Positions 22,919-30,801 of a stretch of DNA of 32,000 bases are shown one piece after another. The notes beneath the pieces are model-generated. The model ran no database searches and was not told where the DNA came from. It saw only the letters and a list, made by a program, of their open reading frames with translations. The translations under genes were made by a program, and so were the position numbers. The stretch's first letter is position 1. The number at the start of each line of letters is the position of its first letter. Source of the stretch: Candidatus Iainarchaeum sp. (GTDB taxonomy: Archaea > Iainarchaeota > Iainarchaeia > Iainarchaeales > CSSED10-239); the NCBI GenBank assembly GCA_003559395.1, contig PWLL01000008.1, positions 292 through 32,291 of the forward strand. Reading direction: 5' to 3'.

Positions 22919-24810
22919 ACTGTATCACCCATTTGTTGAACCAAGTTATAATCCAGGGCTATTCCATACAGTGTAGGCATGTTATGCATTCCGGTTACCG
23001 GTACTGGAGAATCTTCGTGCTCCTCTATAACTACTTCAAATCTACTGCCTACAGCATAAGTTTGAAGTCGCGCAGTATAAAGTCGTGCACCACCAGAACC
23101 AATCACTACCTCTTTAGATTCAACCTCTTCATCATCCGCATATAAAGTAACAATAATCTTATACCCGTCAATGAAAGGGTTCTCCATCGCAACGTATATC
23201 CTGCTAACCTTTTTCTTTCTGAAAGGGTGTCCGAAATGGTATCGCGGAGAACGAATCTTCCATCTGGCCGGATCGTATTCAGGATCTCCTTCTGAGTCTA
23301 AACCCTGTTCAAAAACAATCATATTATTGTCGCTGGCAGCTAAAATATCACCGTTTAAGGTATAGCAAAAATCATTAATATGTATATCAGGGTATAAGGT
23401 AAATGAACCGAGATTGAAATCAAAAACCAGAACATTGTTATTTATACCAGTATCATCATCACAATACGACAGTAAATATCGCTCATGCTTACTATCGAAC
23501 ACCCCGGTTGCCTGTTCAGGATAAGTAATCTCTTTGATAATACTGGAGACCCTGTTCTTTGCAATATTGTTTATATAATTCTCTCTGGCCTCCATCGCCA
23601 TAGATACACCAATTATATTCGGCGACAGAGCATAAAGACCACCAGGGCCAAACATGGTAATAGAGCTGGTTGTAAGGTGTATCGTATTACTCGATAGTGT
23701 CCCTTCTGAAGTGGGTAGTTTCTCCCAGACAGCATCAATTTCTGGATCTATACCCCTCCAAGACCAGATCGAGTTCTTATAAAAAACTAAAACCGCGTCC
23801 ATAAAGACCGCGAGGCCGGTTACTGGTCCATCTGCAGTCGTTGGATACAATACCGAGGTTTCTCTTATAGCTGGCGGATCATTAGGTTCACTGAAATAAA
23901 GCGCTGATTCGTTACCTTCTGCGCCGGCATAAAACATTCTAAAGCTCTTCGGATGGCGTACTGCAAACTTACACGTTTCAACGGGGTGCTCCTCATATTC
24001 AAATTGCTCATCAGGATCTGTATCAACAAATGGCTCCTCTATATCCGGCTCGTTATAAAACTTATGTTCAATAGGGTCGGTAATCGTATCATAGTCAGGA
24101 TGTGGTATAACATCATGGAAGAGTTGATAGAACTCTTCACCATCAGCTAAAGTCATAAATGGCAGTACCCTCTGATAGTTAGGGTTGGGCATGATCCAGT
24201 CTACTCTATAACTATCTGGAGGAGCCTCTACCTCTGCAACAGGCGAAGCCTGAGAAATGATCTCTCCTTCTTTAGTGACATAAACATATAAACATTTGTA
24301 GGTCCCTGACGAAAAGGCGCCGCCACCAATTATCGTTTGAAATTCTACTACTGGAGCTTCCGGTGGTGCTGGTAGAGTATGTCTATCGTAAAAGAGTGTT
24401 ACCTCCTCAACCGTATCACCATCGTATACATACATCTGTTCTTCACCAATAAAGTATAACTTGTCTTGTAGAAAGAAGTATGCAATTCGGTCGTAACCAA
24501 CGGCATGTAGCGGTTCAGATTCTTCGGTTTCGAATATATATTCCATTAAGGTTTGATCCGCTACAAAAAGCAGGGATGAAGTACCATCATCCCTCTGCCA
24601 TTCAAACACCTGTGTAATTTTTTCATAGAATCCCTCTTCAAAGAGGACCTGGCTGCTTTTTCTTTTCCTAAGACCGCCGCGTTTACTAAGTTCCACGTTC
24701 TCTGCAATCTGTAGTTCACTGCGATCTAAGTGATCAGGGCTGGCGTCTACGTTAAGGCCACCGGTATAGTTATAATCAACGTGTTGTATCACTCTGCTGG
24801 GATCAGGCAT
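22915..24810 (-). CDS. 631-aa putative tail tubular protein B / nozzle (T7 gp12-like)
   Basis: The N-terminus YNYTGGLNVDASPDHLDRSELQIAENVELSKRGGLRKRKS parallels the T7 gp12 N-terminus (KGGISQQPDILRYPDQGSRQVNGWSSETEGLQKRPP) in its GG(I/L)-x-P-x-L-x-N-x-GL(Q/R)KR pattern. The rest is beta-rich. Position relative to neighbours fits. Confidence 0.45.
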   Translation of the reverse strand: MPDPSRVIQHVDYNYTGGLNVDASPDHLDRSELQIAENVELSKRGGLRKRKSSQVLFEEGFYEKITQVFEWQRDDGTSSLLFVADQTLMEYIFETEESEPLHAVGYDRIAYFFLQDKLYFIGEEQMYVYDGDTVEEVTLFYDRHTLPAPPEAPVVEFQTIIGGGAFSSGTYKCLYVYVTKEGEIISQASPVAEVEAPPDSYRVDWIMPNPNYQRVLPFMTLADGEEFYQLFHDVIPHPDYDTITDPIEHKFYNEPDIEEPFVDTDPDEQFEYEEHPVETCKFAVRHPKSFRMFYAGAEGNESALYFSEPNDPPAIRETSVLYPTTADGPVTGLAVFMDAVLVFYKNSIWSWRGIDPEIDAVWEKLPTSEGTLSSNTIHLTTSSITMFGPGGLYALSPNIIGVSMAMEARENYINNIAKNRVSSIIKEITYPEQATGVFDSKHERYLLSYCDDDTGINNNVLVFDFNLGSFTLYPDIHINDFCYTLNGDILAASDNNMIVFEQGLDSEGDPEYDPARWKIRSPRYHFGHPFRKKKVSRIYVAMENPFIDGYKIIVTLYADDEEVESKEVVIGSGGARLYTARLQTYAVGSRFEVVIEEHEDSPVPVTGMHNMPTLYGIALDYNLVQQMGDTV

Positions 24811-25333
24811 GGCGTACCACCCTTACCTGACTGGGTTTACGTTTTCTGATAAGTGTATTAAATGTACTGGCAGCTAACTCTCTGAACTCGCCTATAAGCC
24901 GTACTCCATCCGGGCTATGGTCGTCGTCTCTCAGTTTTATAAAACCGCGCATATATGAAACGAGTGCGCTTTTGTATAAAGAGTTAAGATCGATTATATC
25001 CGTTAATTTTTCAATGGATTCCGGCAACTTTCGAGCTGCCACTTTGTATGTTCCGCTTTCTGCAAAACGTATCAGATTATCTTCATACTGCCAGCGGTAA
25101 TAAGGGTTACCGTCCTCATCGACAACATGGATTACGGTTATGGCATCGTTAGGTATGACCGTCCATGCTTCTTCTGACTTATCATAATCTATAGTTACCT
25201 CGCCATAAGCCAGACCCAGCACTCCCATCTGATTAACGCTCTCGTTAATGATCATTACTGCATCGTCATTGTCAATACTGATCGGCAAAAAGTTTTCTGC
25301 CTCATCTACTATCTTTTGAGCTTGAATAGGCAT
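24803..25333 (-). CDS. 176-aa putative head-tail adaptor / tail tubular protein A (by position only)
   Basis: Lies directly upstream of the nozzle-like gene, with an 8-nt overlap (ATGCCTGA). Its size is close to T7 gp11 (about 196 aa). I see no sequence-level similarity. Confidence 0.3.
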   Translation of the reverse strand: MPIQAQKIVDEAENFLPISIDNDDAVMIINESVNQMGVLGLAYGEVTIDYDKSEEAWTVIPNDAITVIHVVDEDGNPYYRWQYEDNLIRFAESGTYKVAARKLPESIEKLTDIIDLNSLYKSALVSYMRGFIKLRDDDHSPDGVRLIGEFRELAASTFNTLIRKRKPSQVRVVRHA

Positions 25334-25358
25334 AAAACCACCTCCTGTTTAGGTTGGT

Positions 25359-25856
25359 TTAATCATCAGGAGAGCAGGGGATCCCCCAGGGGACCTCCTC
25401 ATAAACCTCTGTTTCCCATTGAGAATCTCCGACATCTTTTATATCCCAACCCAGCCGGGAACTAACCAGAGTTAAGATGAATTCATTGAGCGTAAATATC
25501 CCATCAGGGTACAGTCTTATATTCTCTACGGTCATTGTCTGCCGTAGTTTCAGAGTATCTCCATGTTCAAGTTCAAGATCGTCTCCATCTATCAAAACTT
25601 CTTCGTCGTTTTCTAATAAACTATAAGGACCGTCGTTTTTAGACATCTCAATCTGTAGTTCTGCTATCGGAGGTATACTTTGCATAGTCCAGGATACATG
25701 TCCAAAATCTATCCTTGCGAAATCCTCAAATACCCCACCCTGTTCATCAGTTAAGGGTATTTCGGTTTCACGCACACCTACAAACGGGGCCACAAGGCCC
25801 AGATCCACTTCCAGAGCGTCAAGTTCACTATATAGCCCTTCGTATTCCCAGTCCAT
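25359..25856 (-). CDS. Hypothetical structural-module protein (165 aa, very acidic)
   Basis: ORF with an upstream SD, co-oriented within the late operon. No motif recognised. Confidence 0.5.
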   Translation of the reverse strand: MDWEYEGLYSELDALEVDLGLVAPFVGVRETEIPLTDEQGGVFEDFARIDFGHVSWTMQSIPPIAELQIEMSKNDGPYSLLENDEEVLIDGDDLELEHGDTLKLRQTMTVENIRLYPDGIFTLNEFILTLVSSRLGWDIKDVGDSQWETEVYEEVPWGIPCSPDD

Positions 25857-25879
25857 GACCTAGAACCCCGCCCCCTTCG

Positions 25880-26107
25880 TTATTCTTCTGGTTGTTCTTC
25901 GGACAGTAGAGCCTCCACTTCTTCTTCCGTTAAAAACTTCTTTTCTTCAGAATCGTAGTACACCGCACCCTGCCAGCCATTATCACCCGATATCGGTGCC
26001 TCGCCTACAATAAAACCTACCGGATTTTTTGGAACGGTAAAGTTCCAGGTATGTATTTTATATATCCCCGAATGTTCTACCTCTTTACCACGCACTTCTA
26101 CTGCCAT
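25880..26107 (-). CDS. Hypothetical small structural-module protein (about 75 aa)
   Basis: The ATG at 26107 (MAVEVRGKEVEH...) lies downstream of AAAGGTGGTG. The track start at 26122 (GTG) overlaps the SD itself. Confidence 0.45.
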   Translation of the reverse strand: MAVEVRGKEVEHSGIYKIHTWNFTVPKNPVGFIVGEAPISGDNGWQGAVYYDSEEKKFLTEEEVEALLSEEQPEE

Positions 26108-26124
26108 ATAAAAAAACACCACCT

Positions 26125-28248
26125 TTAAGGATTGGGAGCTATACTAAACTTAAAATCCAGGTGTAACCGGTGTGTGTTCGGTTTGTCAAGTTTAGGGTCG
26201 AATGTTACTCGTCCTACGAAATTATGATCTGAATAGAGTAAGACCTCTCCGATCTCACCCACACCTTCGTCAATATCTAATGTAACTCTAAAGGTCTGTT
26301 CATAACTACCAGGAGTATAAGTACCGGGAGATACTTCATAAGGTGGATGTAACTCGTCAATGAAACTGCCTAAACGAATATGGTCTTGATCTAGCTCCTG
26401 GACAACATTAGAATCGCCAATAACAACCCGTGGAGTACCTTCAGCCCCAAAGAAAGAGCGTAAAGAATTTCTAGTTCCCATATCAAAATAGGCCGCCGCT
26501 GCTGATGATGAAATACTATCAATAAACCCAGCATTTCCGACCATCACCGTATAGACAACATCTTCACCTTCTAAGCCACCCCCGGTGATCGTGGCGCTCC
26601 ATGTTTTTGTGGGGTTGGTGACCTCTAGGACCCATTCCAATTCTAAACGATGGTACTCTTCCTTAACGAGTGCTGGTTCTACTAACTGCCGCGCTACACA
26701 TTCCCCGTCAAACGGTTCAGCCGATTCAAAATCCGAGCTTCTTAATACGACATCATTTATTGTTCCTGTACCCACCCCTTCCTCGAAAGTCCAGGTATAA
26801 CCCATTTCTCTGGATTCAACGGTAGGGTTGCCTGCACGCATAATAGAAAGAGCAGGGTATTCGGTATCAGTACTATTCGTGCCATCTGAACCGTCTGCCA
26901 GTATGAGTTGGGAACTGTCAGGACACCACCTCACCCAAGAAAATCTGGTGGAATATCGGTTAGGTCGAATTTGGTGGTTAAATTCTGCATATACTAATTC
27001 GTTCCGAGCTGCACTCTCTGCCAGATCAATCCCATCAATTCGACCGTTGCTACCGATCGCCAGAAACCTATTGTCAGGTGATATATCCATTGTCCTAACT
27101 GGTCTTGAATATGAATCCGGACTCCAATCAACGAAGATAAAATCCTCAAAACCTGTTGCAGCACTTGCTGGCAGGTCTACTATCTCAAGTTCCCCGGCCT
27201 GGCTGCCATCATTGTTGCCATACACAAAGTATTGACCATCAGTAGAAAACGCTGTATCTACAACAGCATTAGCCTGGGCACCGAGTTCTGACCTCGTTTC
27301 AAATAATAATGCCACATTACCATTGTTCATTAACTCTTCTGCATCATATAGTCTAGCAGTACCCCTACTAGCTATCGTCCCTCCACCTCTACCAGATATA
27401 GCGTAATACAGTCCGTCAGGAGAAACTACCGGTCCATAAGCTGTCGGCCAACATTGATTCGAGGAATAGTGTGCGGTAGGGGTCGTACTGGTATCAAATG
27501 CGTCAGCCATATCATATATGTTGAGGTACGAAGAAGATGTTGTAAGAAGGTAAGCATCATCTACCGTCCAGGCCACACATCGGATAAGTTCCTCGCTTTC
27601 AACATCGGTAATCGGCGACCAGGAAACCTCTACGAGCTCATTAGCCACAATACTGGCCGCGAAGTCTACTATCATAATATCCTCTGTCGCCGCATGACCA
27701 CCTAAAGCCAGGTAATTATCATCATGTGACCAACCAGCACTACTGTATCCAGGCATAGGACTCCAGTCTAACTCGACAAACTCTTCCCACCCTCCGGCCA
27801 TAGTGGCATCTATATCATAAATGTGTATTTCAATGTTTCCCATTTCATAAATAGCTAAGTATTTACCATCATGAGACCATGAAGGCCTCATAATATTGTC
27901 ATCAATATCAACATCTATGTCCAGTGTTTGATAGTACCTATGACCAATATGATCGAAGGGGACGGTGTTTTGGGGGGAGAGATTAGACGCTAAGATATCT
28001 TCCGCTTCCGGTATACCATCAGATCTATCCGGCGCGATATCATTTGTGCCAATATAACACGCATTGAAAACCGCATCACTTAATAAGGCAGTACCGTTCG
28101 TAAAGTATGAGTCAAGGTATTCATCTAACAACAGGTTATTAAACTCTCTGGTTTCTACTACTTTTCCATTTCTGGTATCGGTCAGTTTCATCTTCACATG
28201 ACCAGATAAGCCAATATTATTAGAAATGCTTATTGACTTTTCACCCAT
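26125..28248 (-). CDS. 707-aa tail/receptor-binding candidate with a central 7-bladed WD40/PD40-like beta-propeller
   Basis: Seven spaced repeats of the [WF]S.D..[YF]LA....(I/L).(I/L).D type: SWSHDGKYLAIYEMGNIEIHIYDID, GWSHDDNYLALGG..IMIVDF, VAWTVDDAYLLTTSSSYLNIYDM, VSPDGLYYAISG...ARLYDA, FSTDGQYFVYGN..LEIVDL, ISPDNRFLAIGSNGRIDGIDL, WCPDSSQLILADGS (aa about 118-470, nt 26839-27897). Confidence 0.6.
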   Translation of the reverse strand: MGEKSISISNNIGLSGHVKMKLTDTRNGKVVETREFNNLLLDEYLDSYFTNGTALLSDAVFNACYIGTNDIAPDRSDGIPEAEDILASNLSPQNTVPFDHIGHRYYQTLDIDVDIDDNIMRPSWSHDGKYLAIYEMGNIEIHIYDIDATMAGGWEEFVELDWSPMPGYSSAGWSHDDNYLALGGHAATEDIMIVDFAASIVANELVEVSWSPITDVESEELIRCVAWTVDDAYLLTTSSSYLNIYDMADAFDTSTTPTAHYSSNQCWPTAYGPVVSPDGLYYAISGRGGGTIASRGTARLYDAEELMNNGNVALLFETRSELGAQANAVVDTAFSTDGQYFVYGNNDGSQAGELEIVDLPASAATGFEDFIFVDWSPDSYSRPVRTMDISPDNRFLAIGSNGRIDGIDLAESAARNELVYAEFNHQIRPNRYSTRFSWVRWCPDSSQLILADGSDGTNSTDTEYPALSIMRAGNPTVESREMGYTWTFEEGVGTGTINDVVLRSSDFESAEPFDGECVARQLVEPALVKEEYHRLELEWVLEVTNPTKTWSATITGGGLEGEDVVYTVMVGNAGFIDSISSSAAAAYFDMGTRNSLRSFFGAEGTPRVVIGDSNVVQELDQDHIRLGSFIDELHPPYEVSPGTYTPGSYEQTFRVTLDIDEGVGEIGEVLLYSDHNFVGRVTFDPKLDKPNTHRLHLDFKFSIAPNP

Positions 28249-28268
28249 AAAAACTTATCCTCCTAAAG

Positions 28269-30275
28269 TTAAATTTCTACATAAAGGATTGCCTCTAATC
28301 TGAACTCGCCAACCTCTGTATGCTCTGTGGCCGCCAGCTGCTGTTTAAAGGCAACATCAAAGGCCATGGTCTGTGTTTCATCTTCGCCATAGACTGTTAT
28401 TTCGTTATGATCGGTCTCTTCATAATCCTGGTGATTTACTGCTACCTGATATGGGGCTGTAAAGGGTAAAAGATCAAACTGTACCTCACCGTTTGCATCT
28501 GTAGTACCCTCAACCGTCTCCTGGAATTGTTGTCCGATAACCGTGACATTAGCATCAGTCACCGTCTGGCCTTCTGGGTTATAGACTGTAATGGTAACCG
28601 TGTAGTGAGCATCCCACCATGCGATATCTTCGATTTCAAATAGCGATATCAGGGTAGTCTCTGCAGGTAACATTGTCTGCACAAAGGCCAGGTCAAATTC
28701 AGTCTGATAGGTTTCTTCTCCGTGGCTAATTAATATGCTGCTATGGTCAGCTTCTCCGTGTGTTTCGTGAGATAAGATAACATCGTAAGCAGTATCATAC
28801 GGAAGCAGCGGCAAGATAACTTGACCGTTAGCATCTGTGAAACCTGTTACTTCTTCCTGGTCTCTTTGAGCCAGTACAGTTACTGTAGTATCGGGTACGA
28901 CAGCTCCCAGATCATCATATACGGTTATTTCGATATCCATGGTATACATTTCAAGGTATATATCTTCAAGAATCAACTGATTCAACGCAGTTGTATCTTC
29001 AAAGAGCAGATTCTGGGGCCAGGCGATATCGAATTCTTTGTATCGTGTTTCATCTGCACCGTAAACCAGTATAGTATTAAAATCTGCCTCGCCGTGTTCT
29101 GCGTGGGATATCAATACTTGATACTCGGTACTGTAAGGTCTTATAAGGAACGGTATCTGACCGTTGCTATCCGTTATCCCTGCTAACTCTTCCTGGTCTT
29201 GTTGCTCCACCACAGTCACAAGGGTTTCCGGAACCGGATCCCCCTGATCATCATAAACCGTAATCAGAATATCGTATCGCATATCCTCTAACATGATATC
29301 CGAGAGTTCAAGATCCACTAAACTAATCTCTTCTACTCCAGATATATTCCTACCCAGCCACACCAGACGGCTTGAGATTACATAACGCAGTTCATTGTTG
29401 CTATCCCGGTATGCAACCATTAAATGAAAACCGGTATCGCGGTATGTATATGTTGAAGGGCCAATCGGTATCAGGGCCTGATAGGCTGCAAGCATTCTTT
29501 TCTCGCCCGGTTCAGTCATGCCTACCTCATGTTCAACATCATACCCTTCATCGGCCCTGCGATAATACAGGGTCATCCCATCCTGCGATTGATAGAATAA
29601 TACAAGGTCTGTATTTTTATGAAATGTTTCGGATACCATCCATCCTGACCGTTCTTCAAATTGTTCATACCGGTAATTCTCTGGATCGGCATCCAACACC
29701 AGCGCAGGAAACTTACCACTGGCTACATTACGAATTGCAGCACCTTCATACGGGGGTTCTATAATCCATATCTCATGTTGGTCCGTACCAGCAGGAACGA
29801 GTTCTACCGATGTCACATAATCCCCATTGGAATTAAACCCTATAGTGGGGTTCATACTGCCAGAGGGAGCATAAACTATCTGCACTGGTGGTTGCCAGGT
29901 TTGGGTATTAATATCATACTGAGTGAGCATAATCCTTTGTTGCTCATCGGTATAGATCGTCCATATCCTGCTATAATCTAAGCCTGGTTCACCTAAAGTT
30001 GTAGGACCATAAGTCGAATGGGTCTCGGCAAATGGCGCCAGTGCACCCTGACTTATTGCGCGCATTAGATCGAGTTCTCCGGTAGAGAAATCAGGCTGAG
30101 TTGTTTCTATATAATTCCAGGGGTGCATCGCTCCTATAGGATCCCAGGGATTGACAATACAAACGAAGGTCTCACCACGAATAGTAGCGCTAACAGTTGA
30201 TACTGCGCCACCATGTATCACTTTATAACCCGCACCCTCAGTAGCAATATTAACAGTACATGTGATATTGGCCAT
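28269..30275 (-). CDS. 668-aa structural protein: about 310-aa N-terminal domain plus three tandem 110-aa beta-sandwich (carboxypeptidase-regulatory/transthyretin-like) repeats; fibre, spike or capsid-decoration candidate
   Basis: Repeats at aa about 316-426, 427-535 and 536-645 (nt 28341-29330). Each contains I(T/E)(I/V)TVYD..G..V.(D/E)T.VTV......E..G.TD.NGQ......P(Y/F)...Y.V..SH..(H/Y)(G/E)E(A/T)D, ending FD(I/L/V)AF/W. Confidence 0.55.
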   Translation of the reverse strand: MANITCTVNIATEGAGYKVIHGGAVSTVSATIRGETFVCIVNPWDPIGAMHPWNYIETTQPDFSTGELDLMRAISQGALAPFAETHSTYGPTTLGEPGLDYSRIWTIYTDEQQRIMLTQYDINTQTWQPPVQIVYAPSGSMNPTIGFNSNGDYVTSVELVPAGTDQHEIWIIEPPYEGAAIRNVASGKFPALVLDADPENYRYEQFEERSGWMVSETFHKNTDLVLFYQSQDGMTLYYRRADEGYDVEHEVGMTEPGEKRMLAAYQALIPIGPSTYTYRDTGFHLMVAYRDSNNELRYVISSRLVWLGRNISGVEEISLVDLELSDIMLEDMRYDILITVYDDQGDPVPETLVTVVEQQDQEELAGITDSNGQIPFLIRPYSTEYQVLISHAEHGEADFNTILVYGADETRYKEFDIAWPQNLLFEDTTALNQLILEDIYLEMYTMDIEITVYDDLGAVVPDTTVTVLAQRDQEEVTGFTDANGQVILPLLPYDTAYDVILSHETHGEADHSSILISHGEETYQTEFDLAFVQTMLPAETTLISLFEIEDIAWWDAHYTVTITVYNPEGQTVTDANVTVIGQQFQETVEGTTDANGEVQFDLLPFTAPYQVAVNHQDYEETDHNEITVYGEDETQTMAFDVAFKQQLAATEHTEVGEFRLEAILYVEI

Positions 30276-30313
30276 TAATACTCACCTACGCTCATTTCTA
30301 CACGTTAAGATTA

Positions 30314-30664
30314 TCACTCTGCGGCTTCGTGAGAGATTCCTGTATCATCGGCAATAAGAATGTACTGTCCTGAGTTCGTAAAGGTTTCTGGATCTAAATC
30401 TTTACCACCGTATTCTATGCCTCCCGTTTCATCTGCATAGCCTCGCCAACCTTGGACGATTATACCGCCGCCAGAAATGTTAAAAGCAAGGTTCTCGATT
30501 GGCCGTATCAGTCCTTCTACGGGGTCTGTCCAGTTTACGGACTGCCTTGAGTAATACTCATCATCTATTTCGTTACCTTGATCGTCAACCAGTCCGATAT
30601 AATTAACAATACTGCCACCATGATTGGCTATAGCATTGAGATAATCTTCGTTCATACCCGCCAT
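30314..30664 (-). CDS. About 116-aa hypothetical protein of the fibre module
   Basis: AGGAGGG followed by a 6-nt spacer and the ATG at 30664. The pattern YIGLVDDQGNEI...YSRQSVNW...LAFNI...VQGWRGYADETGG resembles a small conserved family I recall next to phage tail-fibre genes. That is recollection only. Confidence 0.45.
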   Translation of the reverse strand: MAGMNEDYLNAIANHGGSIVNYIGLVDDQGNEIDDEYYSRQSVNWTDPVEGLIRPIENLAFNISGGGIIVQGWRGYADETGGIEYGGKDLDPETFTNSGQYILIADDTGISHEAAE

Positions 30665-30683
30665 AATAATCCCTCCTATCACT

Positions 30684-30720
30684 AAAAAAATATAAACCTG
30701 GAGCTTGATTACCCCAGGCT
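30684..30720 (-). terminator. Intrinsic terminator-like hairpin plus U-run directly upstream of the SD of the next late gene
   Basis: The minus strand reads AGCCTGGGG-TAATCAAG-CTCCAGGTT (9 bp including two G-U pairs), then TATATTTTTTT, then immediately AGTGATAGGAGGGATTATTATG. Confidence 0.5.
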
Positions 30721-30736
30721 ATAAGGACCGGTTACA

Positions 30737-30764
30737 ATAATCTCACATGAATACAGGCAAACAA
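30737..30764 (-). promoter_or_regulatory. Weak candidate promoter just upstream of the 30684-30720 hairpin
   Basis: The minus strand reads TTGTTT (30764-30759), a 16-nt spacer ending in TGA (extended -10 TGn), then GATTAT (30742-30737). The match to consensus is only moderate. Confidence 0.25.
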
Positions 30765-30801
30765 CCTCACCTGACATTCCTGCTCTGTCTATCCGGCATC
30801 T

